Assembly (NCBI GenBank): GCA_963676795.2
Contig: CAXXTB010000002.1
Span: 1,952,001-2,016,000, forward strand
Reading direction: 5' to 3'
DNA from: Geopsychrobacteraceae bacterium
GTDB lineage: Bacteria; Desulfobacterota; Desulfuromonadia; Desulfuromonadales; Geopsychrobacteraceae
DNA: 64,000 nucleotides
Made by a program: the position numbers and the translations under genes. This document shows positions 41,989 to 51,999 of the stretch, piece by piece. Every line of letters begins with the position of its first letter. Positions within the stretch are counted from its first letter, which is position 1. Under the pieces are notes generated by a model. That model did no database searches, had not been told where the DNA came from, and saw only the letters and a program-made list of their open reading frames with translations.

Positions 41989-44463
41989 TTAGCCGTCCAG
42001 TACAGTCCTGATCATCCTTGCGATCTTGCCGACATTCAACGGCTTCAGAAGATATTCCCTGATCCCCAGATTTTTTGCCGAAACCTCATCGATCTGATCA
42101 CTGTAACCGGTACAGAGAATGATCGGCATCTCCGGTCTGATCTCCAGAATCTTTCGTGCGAGGTCCCGACCAGTCAGGTCGGGCATGGTCTGATCGGTGA
42201 TAACCAGGTCAAACAGATAAGGATTCCTGGCAAAAAGATTCAGCGCTCGCAGGCTACTCTGCTCTACTGTCACCTGGTAACCAAGCCACTGCAGCATCGA
42301 CTCGCCAAGGTCCACCAGGACTGTTTCATCGTCAACAAAAAGAATTCGTTCACAGCCCTTGGGAATATTCACAGGTTCCTGCAGGACCTCAGCACGTTGA
42401 ACTGCAACAACTGGGAAATAGACACGGAAGGTTGTCCCCTGGCCGGGAGCTGTTTCCACCCTGATCGCCCCTCCACACTCTTCAACAATCCCGTGGACGA
42501 TTGCCAGCCCCATGCCGGTTCCCTTGCCGATCTCCTTGGTCGAAAAATAGGGATCAAATATCTTATCGACAATTTCAGGGGAGATCCCTTCTCCGCTGTC
42601 AGAAACAGACAGGCGGACATACTCACCGGAACGAACCGAAAACAACATATCCGGGTCATCGCCATCAACAAACCGGTTATCCAGCACAACAGTCAGCGTC
42701 CCCCCGCACTCTTCCATGGCCTGATAGGCATTGGTGCACAAATTCAACAGAACCTGATGCAACTGAGTCGGATCGGCCAGCACGGTATCCCTGTCCAGAT
42801 CGACCTTCTCAACGATACTGATCGTCGATGGTATGGAGGAACGCAACATCTTCAACCCCTCTTTGACAAGAGGCCCCAACCTCAAGGGAACCGGGTCGAC
42901 CTTGGATTGGCGGCTGAAAGCAAGAATCTGTTTCACCAGATTCTTTGCCCGGTCAGATGCAGCTATAACCTGATCCAGATTCCCGGTAAGCTGGGGTTCA
43001 GGAGGGGCATGGATTTTGGCCATATCGGCATAGCCACGGATCGCCCCGAGAATATTGTTGAAATCATGGGCTATCCCGCCTGCCAGGGTTCCGATAGCTT
43101 CCATCTTACGGGCCTGGCGCAGTCGATCCTCCTGCTGACGCTCTTCTTCGGCCCGCTGCTTCTGCTCAGTGATGTCCCGAGCGGTCACCAGCGAACCGAC
43201 AATCTCCCCCTGTTCATTCTTCACCGGACTGAAGCTGAAAGAACCAACCCAGGATTCCCCGCTGTCCTTACGATAGGTTTTATACTCGACATTGGTCCCG
43301 GATTCCCCGCGCAGGGCTCTCGTCGTCGCCCAATTCTCCGGAGGACAAGGCTCACCATCGACCGTAAAGACGTCAAACAGATCGGAATAGCGGTCAAAGG
43401 ACCGAAAGCACTCTTCCTGGTTTTGAAAACGACAGAAACGGGCCCAGGCGTCGTTGAATTCAACCAGGTTTCCGTAGGCATCGGACATGAACATTCCGTC
43501 AGGCATACTGGCCATCGCCGCCGCCAGTTTGGCCCGATTGTCCTCGATCATTTTTTCAGCTTTTACCCGCTCCGAGATATCCCGAAAAACCCCGAGAACA
43601 CCGACGATCTCTCCTTTTGAATCTTTGACGATCCCCCGGGTCACCTCGACAACAAATTGCGTCCCGTCTTTACACCGGTATTCCGTGGTATGAAACTCAG
43701 CCTCTCCGGTCGCAGGCGGATTTGCAAACAGGTTTTTCTGACTGAAATAATCCTCAGGGTCAACGTAGAAGGATTCCATCGTTTTACCTACGGACTCCTC
43801 CTGCGAATAACCTGTCAGGGCTGTAAACCCAGGGTTGACCATGACGATCCGCCTGTGCGTATCTACGAAAACAACCCCGTCGGTAATCGAGTTGAAGATC
43901 GCCTCGAACTGGGCGTGCTGACTCCTCAAGCGCGCCAGGAGATTCTGGCGTTCGGAGATATCGTTCACAAAAGCAAACAGGTATGATCGGCCTGCGTACT
44001 CCATCAACGTCGCTTTTATTTCAACCGGAAAGAGCTCACCATCCTTGGTCTGGTGCCGGGTTTCGAACAGCATCGCCCTGTTACTCCGTATTTCCAGAAG
44101 GAATTCGCTCCACTTTTCTCTGGTAAACAGCGGATCCCAATCCCAGACATGCATGCTCTGAAGCTCTTCACGACTGTAACCAAGACGCTTGCATGCTGAG
44201 TCATTCACATAAACAATGCTCGAATCTTCCCGCATCCAGAAAACTTCATCTGCAGAAGATTCCACCGAAAAGCGTGAAAAGAAGGACAGAGAATCGATCG
44301 AAAGTTCGTCAGAAACATTCCCGGGAACGGGGTTCGAAGAGGTGAGTTCTGAGTCGCGGAAGAGTGATGGGAAATGAACAGCGGCAAGCTGCTGACGCAG
44401 GCAGCGGATTTCGTTGATCAGCTGCTCTTTTGTTTTGTCATTGTCATCCATAAGGGCAGGCAT
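41989..44463 (-). CDS. Hybrid sensor histidine kinase (3 PAS, HisKA, HATPase, REC)
   Basis: [29 protein letters not shown]; start may be 44451. Confidence 0.92.
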   Translation of the reverse strand: MPALMDDNDKTKEQLINEIRCLRQQLAAVHFPSLFRDSELTSSNPVPGNVSDELSIDSLSFFSRFSVESSADEVFWMREDSSIVYVNDSACKRLGYSREELQSMHVWDWDPLFTREKWSEFLLEIRSNRAMLFETRHQTKDGELFPVEIKATLMEYAGRSYLFAFVNDISERQNLLARLRSQHAQFEAIFNSITDGVVFVDTHRRIVMVNPGFTALTGYSQEESVGKTMESFYVDPEDYFSQKNLFANPPATGEAEFHTTEYRCKDGTQFVVEVTRGIVKDSKGEIVGVLGVFRDISERVKAEKMIEDNRAKLAAAMASMPDGMFMSDAYGNLVEFNDAWARFCRFQNQEECFRSFDRYSDLFDVFTVDGEPCPPENWATTRALRGESGTNVEYKTYRKDSGESWVGSFSFSPVKNEQGEIVGSLVTARDITEQKQRAEEERQQEDRLRQARKMEAIGTLAGGIAHDFNNILGAIRGYADMAKIHAPPEPQLTGNLDQVIAASDRAKNLVKQILAFSRQSKVDPVPLRLGPLVKEGLKMLRSSIPSTISIVEKVDLDRDTVLADPTQLHQVLLNLCTNAYQAMEECGGTLTVVLDNRFVDGDDPDMLFSVRSGEYVRLSVSDSGEGISPEIVDKIFDPYFSTKEIGKGTGMGLAIVHGIVEECGGAIRVETAPGQGTTFRVYFPVVAVQRAEVLQEPVNIPKGCERILFVDDETVLVDLGESMLQWLGYQVTVEQSSLRALNLFARNPYLFDLVITDQTMPDLTGRDLARKILEIRPEMPIILCTGYSDQIDEVSAKNLGIREYLLKPLNVGKIARMIRTVLDG

Positions 44464-44639
44464 CCCGACGGCTACAAGTCATCTCATTCAAGACAGAACA
44501 GTCATCATCGACCAAAAAGTCTTTGCATCGACAGAAAGTAAACAATTCAACAATTAGCATGATTTAACAAAAAAACAAAGAACAAATACCTGGGGGTTGG
44601 CAACCGCAGAACGGCTTCCTGCTGCAGCCAAGGCCTGCC

Positions 44640-44819
44640 TAGTTTTCATCCGGAAACGGTCCTTTTCCGCCATAGCTGCGTCAACCTGCGGGCTTACTTG
44701 TGCGGCGTAAAGGACTACGCCTCCATACAAGCCCTTGATTTTCTTGCTATGACAAAAAATTGCTCGTTTCCAATCTGAAAACTTACGCGTTGCCATCTGG
44801 AGTTTCCGGATGGCAACTA
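44640..44819. mobile_element. MITE-like non-coding element
   Basis: 180 bp; 18 bp terminal inverted repeats TAGTTTTCATCCGGAAAC / GTTTCCGGATGGCAACTA (2 mismatches); TA ends; internal hairpins. Confidence 0.6.
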
Positions 44820-44820
44820 A

Positions 44821-46050
44821 CTAGAGGACACCGACCCGGCGAATCCCATCCGGCCGCCAGGCCGGGGAAATAACATGGCTTCCCTTCTCTTTAAGATTGA
44901 GGAGATTCCCCGGCATGACCGAGAATTCCCCGTAGCGGTCGTTGACCTGGTCAAGGACGGCAGTCAGGCTGTCGCGACGGCGCTCTTCGGGCAACAACGG
45001 AATCTGCCGGACCTGATGGAGAAGATTCGACAGCCTTACGCCCAGCAGGCGGATCGGCTGATCGAGGATCAGGCTGTCGCAGATCTTCAGCGCGGCCTGG
45101 TAGATCTCTTCGCTGCGCCAGATCTGCGAGAACTGAACCTGCTGGCGGCTGAAGGTGGTGAAATCGGCGTAACGCACCGTCAGGGTCACCGTCTTGCCGG
45201 TCACAGCGTAGCGCCGGGCCCGACGGCCGACCATCTCGGCAAGCTGGAGCAGATAACGCGCGATCTGATTCCGGTCGGAGACATCCTGGCTCAAGGTCAT
45301 GCTGTGACCGACCGTCTTGACCTCTTCCTCAAGCTCGGGTGGAATCACCGGGCAGCTGTCGCCCCCCTGCCCCATCAGCGCCAGGCGTTCGCCGATGATA
45401 CCGAATTTCGCCTTTAACCGTGCAACCGGATAGCGGCCGAGCTGACCGCAGGTAACAATCCCCATCCGATGCAGCTTGTCCATGGTCTTGCGACCAATCC
45501 CGCAGAGCTCTTCGATCGGCAAATTCTCCAGAACGGTGGCAATCTCCTCAGGGCGAATCAGGGTCAAACCGTCCGGCTTCTTCATCTCCGAAGCCAGTTT
45601 GGCCAGCAGCTTGTTCGGAGCGATACCAACGGAACAGGTCAACCCGAAACGGGCCTTGATGCGGGATTTGATCAGATAGGCGATGCGCTGCGCGCTGCCG
45701 AAATAGCTGACGCTTCCCGAGATATCGAGAAAGGCTTCATCGATAGAAAAAACCTCGACCCGATCCGAATAATCGGCCAGCAGAGCCATGATCTGACTGG
45801 AGACATAGGTATAGAGACGATTGTTGGCCGGGCAGAGCTTAAGCTGCGGACACCTCTGCCTGGCCTCATGGAGCATCATCCCGGTTTTGACCCCGAACCT
45901 GCGTGCCTCATAGGAAGCGGTCAGAATAATTGTCCGTTTCTGACTGCCGACCACGGCAACCGGCCTGCCGCGCAAAGCCGGGTTCGACTGCTGTTCGACG
46001 GAAGCGAAAAAAGCATTCATATCAACGTGAAGAACCAACCGCTCCCCCAT
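44821..46050 (-). CDS. dinB: DNA polymerase IV (Y family)
   Basis: HVDMNAFFASVE, SYEAR, SIDEAF, KLASEMKKP; clamp-binding-like QIPLL. Confidence 0.93.
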   Translation of the reverse strand: MGERLVLHVDMNAFFASVEQQSNPALRGRPVAVVGSQKRTIILTASYEARRFGVKTGMMLHEARQRCPQLKLCPANNRLYTYVSSQIMALLADYSDRVEVFSIDEAFLDISGSVSYFGSAQRIAYLIKSRIKARFGLTCSVGIAPNKLLAKLASEMKKPDGLTLIRPEEIATVLENLPIEELCGIGRKTMDKLHRMGIVTCGQLGRYPVARLKAKFGIIGERLALMGQGGDSCPVIPPELEEEVKTVGHSMTLSQDVSDRNQIARYLLQLAEMVGRRARRYAVTGKTVTLTVRYADFTTFSRQQVQFSQIWRSEEIYQAALKICDSLILDQPIRLLGVRLSNLLHQVRQIPLLPEERRRDSLTAVLDQVNDRYGEFSVMPGNLLNLKEKGSHVISPAWRPDGIRRVGVL

Positions 46051-46302
46051 CTAGAACGCCTCGATCTTCAACAGTTGCCAAAGCGGCTCGGCCGGACTGT
46101 AAACCAACTCGTACAGGGCGCCACCATCGCTGACATGGAAATAGATCAGCTCCTTTTCACCGCGCCGCTCCCGCCAGCTGTTGGTCACCTGAACGATACG
46201 ATGCTGCTTGCGGTTCAGATCAAACCAGACCGGCCTGAGTTTCCCGCCGGGACCATGCACGACCGCGACGCGGATGCCGTCGACCACCTGCTCCACGCTC
46301 AA
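46051..46302 (-). CDS. Small beta-rich protein (DUF6504 / ImuB-C-like)
   Basis: Abuts both lexA and dinB; W..YFHV.DG..YELVY...WQL pattern; GTG 46296 has better RBS spacing. Confidence 0.7.
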   Translation of the reverse strand: MSVEQVVDGIRVAVVHGPGGKLRPVWFDLNRKQHRIVQVTNSWRERRGEKELIYFHVSDGGALYELVYSPAEPLWQLLKIEAF

Positions 46303-46907
46303 TCCTCCAAAACACGCATAACGCTGATCACCTTACCGATCACCACAGGCTCACCGTCTTCGGGAAGCAGAATAATCGGCTCCAGGCTGTCATTTTCAGG
46401 CTGCAGGCGAATCCGGCCGGGTTCCCGGAAAAAACGCTTGAGGGTCGCTTCGCCATCAAGCGCGACCACAACGATATCGCCATTTTCAGCCGTTCTCTGC
46501 GGCCTGACAATGGCATAATCGCCGTCAGCGATATGAGCCTTGATCATCGATTCACCGCTGACTCTCAAGGCGAAACACCCCTCCCCCTTAAGCAGGGAGC
46601 TATCAACATTCAGGTGGCCCTCGATCTCTTCAAAAGCTTCAGTCAAGGGACCTGCTGCAACGGAACCGACAATCGGCAGGACCCTGGATGACGGGCGATC
46701 GGTCAGACGGATACTGCGGGACGCTCCGCGGGACCGGCTGATCAGTCCTTTACGCTCAAGCGCCTCAAGGTGACGCAGCACCCCCAGATTGCCGCTGATC
46801 TGCAGATGGGAAGCAATCTCCTGCAGCGTCGGTGCCGTTCCTGCTGTTTCGATATGCCGGGTAATAAAATCGTAGACCTGCTGTTGCCGCCGGGTCAGTT
46901 GCTCCAT
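46299..46907 (-). CDS. lexA: LexA repressor
   Basis: LTRRQ..PTLQEI..HLEALERKG; cleavage site VAAG; catalytic GESM and TLKR. Confidence 0.93.
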   Translation of the reverse strand: MEQLTRRQQQVYDFITRHIETAGTAPTLQEIASHLQISGNLGVLRHLEALERKGLISRSRGASRSIRLTDRPSSRVLPIVGSVAAGPLTEAFEEIEGHLNVDSSLLKGEGCFALRVSGESMIKAHIADGDYAIVRPQRTAENGDIVVVALDGEATLKRFFREPGRIRLQPENDSLEPIILLPEDGEPVVIGKVISVMRVLED

Positions 46908-46932
46908 GGCAATCTCCATACGTGATAGAATA

Positions 46933-46954
46933 ATAGTTACTAAAAAGTAACTAT
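46933..46954. promoter_or_regulatory. Candidate LexA operator
   Basis: Perfect ATAGTTACT-N4-AGTAACTAT, between a minus-strand TTGACA (46971-46976) and the lexA start. Confidence 0.65.
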
Positions 46955-46981
46955 CATGGAGTTAGCCAACTGTCAAGCGCT

Positions 46982-47896
46982 TCAGCTGCGTACAGGGGGA
47001 CGCAGGTTCAGATGTTGAAGAAAAGAGTTGAGGGCCGGAGAGCACTTCTGCCCTTTGGGAAAAACAGAGTAAACATGGCGCAATGCCCACTTATCGGCAA
47101 GCGGGGCCGCTTTCAGGGTCTCATCGTCGAGATGGGGACGCAGATCCTTTTCCCCGAGAATCCCCAGGCCAAGACCGGCTCTTACACAGTGGATCAGGGA
47201 CGATACCCGCATCACCTTGATATCCGGCTTGGAACTCTGCCCCGCTTTGCGCCGGACTTCTTCAAGAATTTCATCCAGCGCCCCGCCTTCCAGCAGGGAG
47301 ATATGCTCATACTCGAAGGTTTCCCGGAAATGGATCGGAGCACCTTCTTCACGGGTCGCAAAGAGCGGATGGTCGGCACTTCCCACCACCCAGACAAAAT
47401 CCTCCTTGAAAACCAACTTTTCAAACCCTGCAAGGTCACCGGTATCATAGACAATACACAGGTCGGCCAGGTCTTCACGCAGAAAGCGTGCCGCATCCCG
47501 GGAGAAAATCTCCTGAACAGTGACATGCACGGAAGGATAAGCCTGTTTGAATTGAGCAATAATCGAAGGGAGAGAGCCATTCATGGCCCAGGGGATGACG
47601 GCAATACGGAAATCTCCGGCCTCCCCTTCGGCAAAACGCTTGAGGTCGGCACGGACATCGGAATATTTGTGCAGCAATTGCTCGCAGTGGCCGGCAAAAA
47701 CCTTGCCGGCCGGAGTCAGACTTGCACCGGTCGGTGTCCTTGAAACCAGGATGGTATCAAGATCATTTTCCAGTTCGCTGATTCGCCGGGAAGCCGCAGA
47801 GGTTGCGATATGCTCACTTCTGGCCGCCGCACCAATACTGCCCAACCTGGCAACCGCAAGAAATACACGTAAGGTTACAATATCAAAACTCTGCAT
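46982..47896 (-). CDS. LysR family transcriptional regulator
   Basis: LRVFLAVA..GSIGAAA...SRRISELE...LTPAG. Confidence 0.92.
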   Translation of the reverse strand: MQSFDIVTLRVFLAVARLGSIGAAARSEHIATSAASRRISELENDLDTILVSRTPTGASLTPAGKVFAGHCEQLLHKYSDVRADLKRFAEGEAGDFRIAVIPWAMNGSLPSIIAQFKQAYPSVHVTVQEIFSRDAARFLREDLADLCIVYDTGDLAGFEKLVFKEDFVWVVGSADHPLFATREEGAPIHFRETFEYEHISLLEGGALDEILEEVRRKAGQSSKPDIKVMRVSSLIHCVRAGLGLGILGEKDLRPHLDDETLKAAPLADKWALRHVYSVFPKGQKCSPALNSFLQHLNLRPPVRS

Positions 47897-48491
47897 GAAT
47901 CCCTTCTGGAATCAGTCTTCCAGCATTGCTCTGGTCACGGCCTCCTGATTGTGCGGGTTCCTGATCGAAACATGAGAAACCTTTTGAACCTTCCCGAAGG
48001 AGAGGAACAGGCACTGAGCCCAACCAGCAATGCTTTTTAGCGCAGCAAAAGCCGGATTGTCGTAGGAATGAACATTTTGGAGAGTATACATCGCTTTACC
48101 TTTTCTGTAGAGAAAATTTTATCCTAAATCTCACAACGCAAAAGGTAATACATCCCTCTCCATAGGAGGTAGTGCTTATCAAACAACAAGCTCTTCGAAA
48201 TTGGGCATGACCTTGAAAACAACAGCGTTATGGCCGACCATGGCCTCAAGCGGGCCCTTACGACCGCCGTTCAGATGCGAAAGCAGAGGTCACCAGCAGA
48301 TCTATCCCTCCCGGGGTTACAGCAAAAAAAGCGACAGACCTGATGCGGATCCGAAGTCATGCCCCTGCAACCCGGGCCTTGCAGCATATTGCCTTTTCAG
48401 TCAACAGCATGACGATATACAAATTTGAAGATTGACCAAATATTGCTAAAATATTAATACTTAACAGATCGTAAACTCATGTTAATCTTCG

Positions 48492-50951
48492 TTGCAGATC
48501 CTGCATCTCAGGAGAGAGCGGCCCGTGACATACCAAAAGAGATTCACAGACATTCTCCCCGGGAAATCGCCAATCCTGATAATCCTGTCCGCTCTATTCA
48601 TCCTGACCTGCACCAGCCCGTCGGCCTTTGCCGCCAGACAGGTCAGAGTAGGAATTTTCGACGGCAGTCCCGCCAGAGAATTCTCCATCGACCTCATTGA
48701 CGCCATGGCCAAAAAGGAAGACTGGCAGGTTGAATACAAGATCGACAGTATGGCCAACTGCCTGGCGCGACTGCGCAGCGGCGAGATCGACATCATGACA
48801 GCCTTTGGCTATTCGCTCGAGCGCGATCATATTGCCGACTTCACCCGCATCCCGATGATCCAGCGCTGGTCGATGGTCTTCCTCCCCTTGCATTCCACGA
48901 TCAAAAGAACCAGAGACCTTGAAGGCAAACGGGTCGGGATTCTGCGTGAAGGATCGACCGCCCAGCGGTTTGTCGAACTGATCGAAAAATTCGACATCCA
49001 CTGTCAGCTGGTCGGCTATGACAGTTTTGAAGAGATCATGCAGGGGCTTGAACAGGGAGAGATTGACGCCGGGGTCGTCGTCAACATCTTCGGGGCGCGT
49101 TCCAGCACCCAATACCAGGTCCAGGCCTCATCCATCGTCTTCAGTCCGTCAAGCAATTACTTTGCTGTCCCCGAAGGGAAAAACGCCGATCTGGCCGCAA
49201 CGATAGACCGCTATATGGATCAATGGAAACAGGATCCGAAATCGGTCTATTACCAGTCGATGAATCGCTGGCTGCTCGGCAAAGAGGAGACAGGCCCCAT
49301 TATTCCGACATGGATCTATCTCCTGCTCGCGCTCTTTGTTGCTGGCCTGCTGCTGCTGTTTATCTGGACGCGTCTGCTCAAACGTATGGTCAACAAGAGA
49401 ACCCGTGAGCTCAGCGTCAGCGAAGCACGCCTGAACGAACTGATCGATCTCTCTCCAATCGGCCTGGTCCTGTGTACAATGGACGGACACTATATCTCGG
49501 CCAATCCGGCCTATCAGCAGATCACCGGTTATACTCTCGCTGAATTACTGCACATGAGCTACCGGCAACTGACATCCGCACAGGGGCAGGAACAGGATCT
49601 TGAACGGGCAAAAGTTCTGGAAACGGATGGGCGCTACGGCCCCTTTGAAACAGAAATTATCAACAAAGCAGGCCACCTGGTCACGGTTCGTGTCAGTTCA
49701 ATGCTCGTCACCCGCGATAACAGTAAATATACCTGGTCAAGCGTCGAAGACATCTCCCCTCTCAAACAGGCCGAACAAGAGAAACAGGAGATGTCCATAC
49801 GCCTGCAGCAAACCCAGAAAATGGAGGCAATCGGGACCCTGGCCGGGGGGATTGCCCACGATTTCAACAACATCCTCTCGGTTATCATCGGCTATACAGA
49901 CCTGGCCTGCCTAAAACTGGGACACAATCCGGAAGCCGCCGAAGATCTCAACTTTGTCCTTTCCGCCGCCCGCAGGGCCAGGGACCTGGTCCGCCAGATC
50001 CTGCTTTTCAGCCGCAAAAGGGAAAACGGCTTCGAACCGCTTAAAATCCACGATATCATTCTGGAAGCCTGCAATATGATTAGAAAGACGATCCCGTCGT
50101 CTATCGCGATCAACCTTCAGCTCGCCCCTGAAACCGGCCTTATCCTGGGAGATTCGACAAAGATCTACCAGATCCTGATAAATCTCTGCACCAATGCCAG
50201 CCACGCCATGAACGGTGACAGTGGACAGATCGACATCTGCCTGACCCGCCTGAGGCTCAGCGAAGAGGACAAACCTCAATATCCGAAGCTGGACTGCGGA
50301 GAGTACGCCCGACTGGTCGTCGCCGACAATGGCAGCGGCATCGCTGAAGAAAACCTGACCAGGATCTTCGAACCTTTTTTCACGACCAAGGAGGTCGGCA
50401 AGGGAACCGGTATGGGCCTGTCAGTCATCCACGGGATTGTCGAAGATCACGGCGGAGAAATTCGGGTGGAAAGTCAGATCGGCGAAGGAACAAGTTTTGA
50501 GATACTGCTGCCGATCTATACACAGGAGAACCCGACAGCACCCAAAGATCAACCTGAGAATGAGAGCCTGCGGGGCACAGAGCATATCCTGATCGTCGAT
50601 GACGAAACAGCCCTGGTTGAATTTATGAAAGTCTCTCTCAGCGCCTATGGTTACCAGGTCACTGCCACATCATCCCCCCTGATGGCCTATGCTCTTTTTC
50701 AGGAACAGCCCAATCGCTTTGACATGGTCCTGAGCGATCAGTCGATGCCGGAACTGACCGGAGACAAACTGGCGGCAAAGATCCTGACCCAACGCCCCGA
50801 TCTTCCCATCGTCATCCTCACCGGCTACAGCTCTAGCCTGACGGAAGAAAAAGCAAAACAGATCGGGATCAGCAACCTGTTGATAAAACCTGTCGAGATC
50901 ACCTTGCTGCTGCGTGAATTGCGCGCAATCTTTGACAGTAAGAGCAAGTAA
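48492..50951 (+). CDS. Hybrid sensor histidine kinase with periplasmic solute-binding domain, PAS and REC
   Basis: SBP family 3-like domain, [24 protein letters not shown]; exact start uncertain (GTG 48525 possible). Confidence 0.9.
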   Translation: MQILHLRRERPVTYQKRFTDILPGKSPILIILSALFILTCTSPSAFAARQVRVGIFDGSPAREFSIDLIDAMAKKEDWQVEYKIDSMANCLARLRSGEIDIMTAFGYSLERDHIADFTRIPMIQRWSMVFLPLHSTIKRTRDLEGKRVGILREGSTAQRFVELIEKFDIHCQLVGYDSFEEIMQGLEQGEIDAGVVVNIFGARSSTQYQVQASSIVFSPSSNYFAVPEGKNADLAATIDRYMDQWKQDPKSVYYQSMNRWLLGKEETGPIIPTWIYLLLALFVAGLLLLFIWTRLLKRMVNKRTRELSVSEARLNELIDLSPIGLVLCTMDGHYISANPAYQQITGYTLAELLHMSYRQLTSAQGQEQDLERAKVLETDGRYGPFETEIINKAGHLVTVRVSSMLVTRDNSKYTWSSVEDISPLKQAEQEKQEMSIRLQQTQKMEAIGTLAGGIAHDFNNILSVIIGYTDLACLKLGHNPEAAEDLNFVLSAARRARDLVRQILLFSRKRENGFEPLKIHDIILEACNMIRKTIPSSIAINLQLAPETGLILGDSTKIYQILINLCTNASHAMNGDSGQIDICLTRLRLSEEDKPQYPKLDCGEYARLVVADNGSGIAEENLTRIFEPFFTTKEVGKGTGMGLSVIHGIVEDHGGEIRVESQIGEGTSFEILLPIYTQENPTAPKDQPENESLRGTEHILIVDDETALVEFMKVSLSAYGYQVTATSSPLMAYALFQEQPNRFDMVLSDQSMPELTGDKLAAKILTQRPDLPIVILTGYSSSLTEEKAKQIGISNLLIKPVEITLLLRELRAIFDSKSK

Positions 50952-50976
50952 CCTTAAAAGTCTGAGCCCGAAACAC

Positions 50977-51010
50977 AACAAGGCGATGTCGCAAGCGACA
51001 TCGCCTTGTT
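50977..51010. terminator. Bidirectional terminator hairpin
   Basis: Perfect 16 bp inverted repeat AACAAGGCGATGTCGC-aa-GCGACATCGCCTTGTT between convergent genes. Confidence 0.8.
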
Positions 51011-51035
51011 TGTATCTGACAGCTTATCTGACGTA

Positions 51036-51641
51036 TCAGACAGGAAGAACGGTCCTGCCGTAAACTTCGTTGATGATCTGGGCCACTGCAGCGTAGATAG
51101 CAGAAAGACCGCAGAGGATGCCTTCATAACCGGCGAAGGTCTTGATGGCATGGCTTTCGGTATAGTCACCAATAGCCAGCAGGAAGAACAGAATCGTCAG
51201 CAGGAAGAAGATGACCTGCAGTGACTTGTGCAGCTTGAAGGTCGCAATGAACATGAAGAAGGTGAAAACACCCCACATGATCAGGAACCAGACCATCCCC
51301 AGGCTGTCGACAGGACCGATCAGGCCCATCTTCGGCATGGTGATCAGCGCAACCAGGGTCAGCCAGAAGAAACCGTAGGAAACAAATGCGGTTGTTGCGA
51401 AGGTATTGCCCTTCTTCCATTCCATCAGGCCGGCAATAATCTGGGCGATACCGCCGTAGCAGATCCCCATCGCCAGAATCATGGAGGTCAGGGAAAACAG
51501 ACCGGCATTGTGCAGGTTCAGCAGCACGGTCGTCATACCAAAACCGAGCAGTCCGAGTGGTGCAGGGTTACCACTGATATCCGCCAGATTGACGATTGAT
51601 GATTGAAGAGAGCCTTCCGCATGATTAATCGCGTTACCCAT
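51036..51641 (-). CDS. satP: Acetate uptake transporter (SatP/GPR1/FUN34/YaaH family)
   Basis: [22 protein letters not shown] signature; SYGFFW; 6 TM. Confidence 0.92.
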   Translation of the reverse strand: MGNAINHAEGSLQSSIVNLADISGNPAPLGLLGFGMTTVLLNLHNAGLFSLTSMILAMGICYGGIAQIIAGLMEWKKGNTFATTAFVSYGFFWLTLVALITMPKMGLIGPVDSLGMVWFLIMWGVFTFFMFIATFKLHKSLQVIFFLLTILFFLLAIGDYTESHAIKTFAGYEGILCGLSAIYAAVAQIINEVYGRTVLPV

Positions 51642-51999
51642 TGTTCATCCTTACTTCTTTAGTCGAGTGAAAGTGTTGTTCTCTAACAGCGCTCAGACAG
51701 ATCAGCTTTGATACTTAACAGAGCCTGGTGGTCGTAGTCGGTGACCTTTGGAATTGTGTCAAAGGAATACAGACGCCTTCAAAGTGCGTCGGAAGAGGAC
51801 GATATTAAGTTTCCGGATAAAAATCAAGAAAATAATCATCGATATGATAATTTTTAACAGGAAACTAAAAACACCGAACCATATGTGGAATTATTCTTGT
51901 TTTATAAACATTTAGCCAATTTTCCAGACTTAAAAAACCTCCACAGAACGAGCTGTGGAGACTGAGGGTCGAAACATATATCACAGAAAGAGGAGAAAA

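Noticed and set aside
48201..48428. 75 aa ORF in the LysR-kinase intergenic region
   Set aside because: TTG start without a properly spaced SD and no recognisable features
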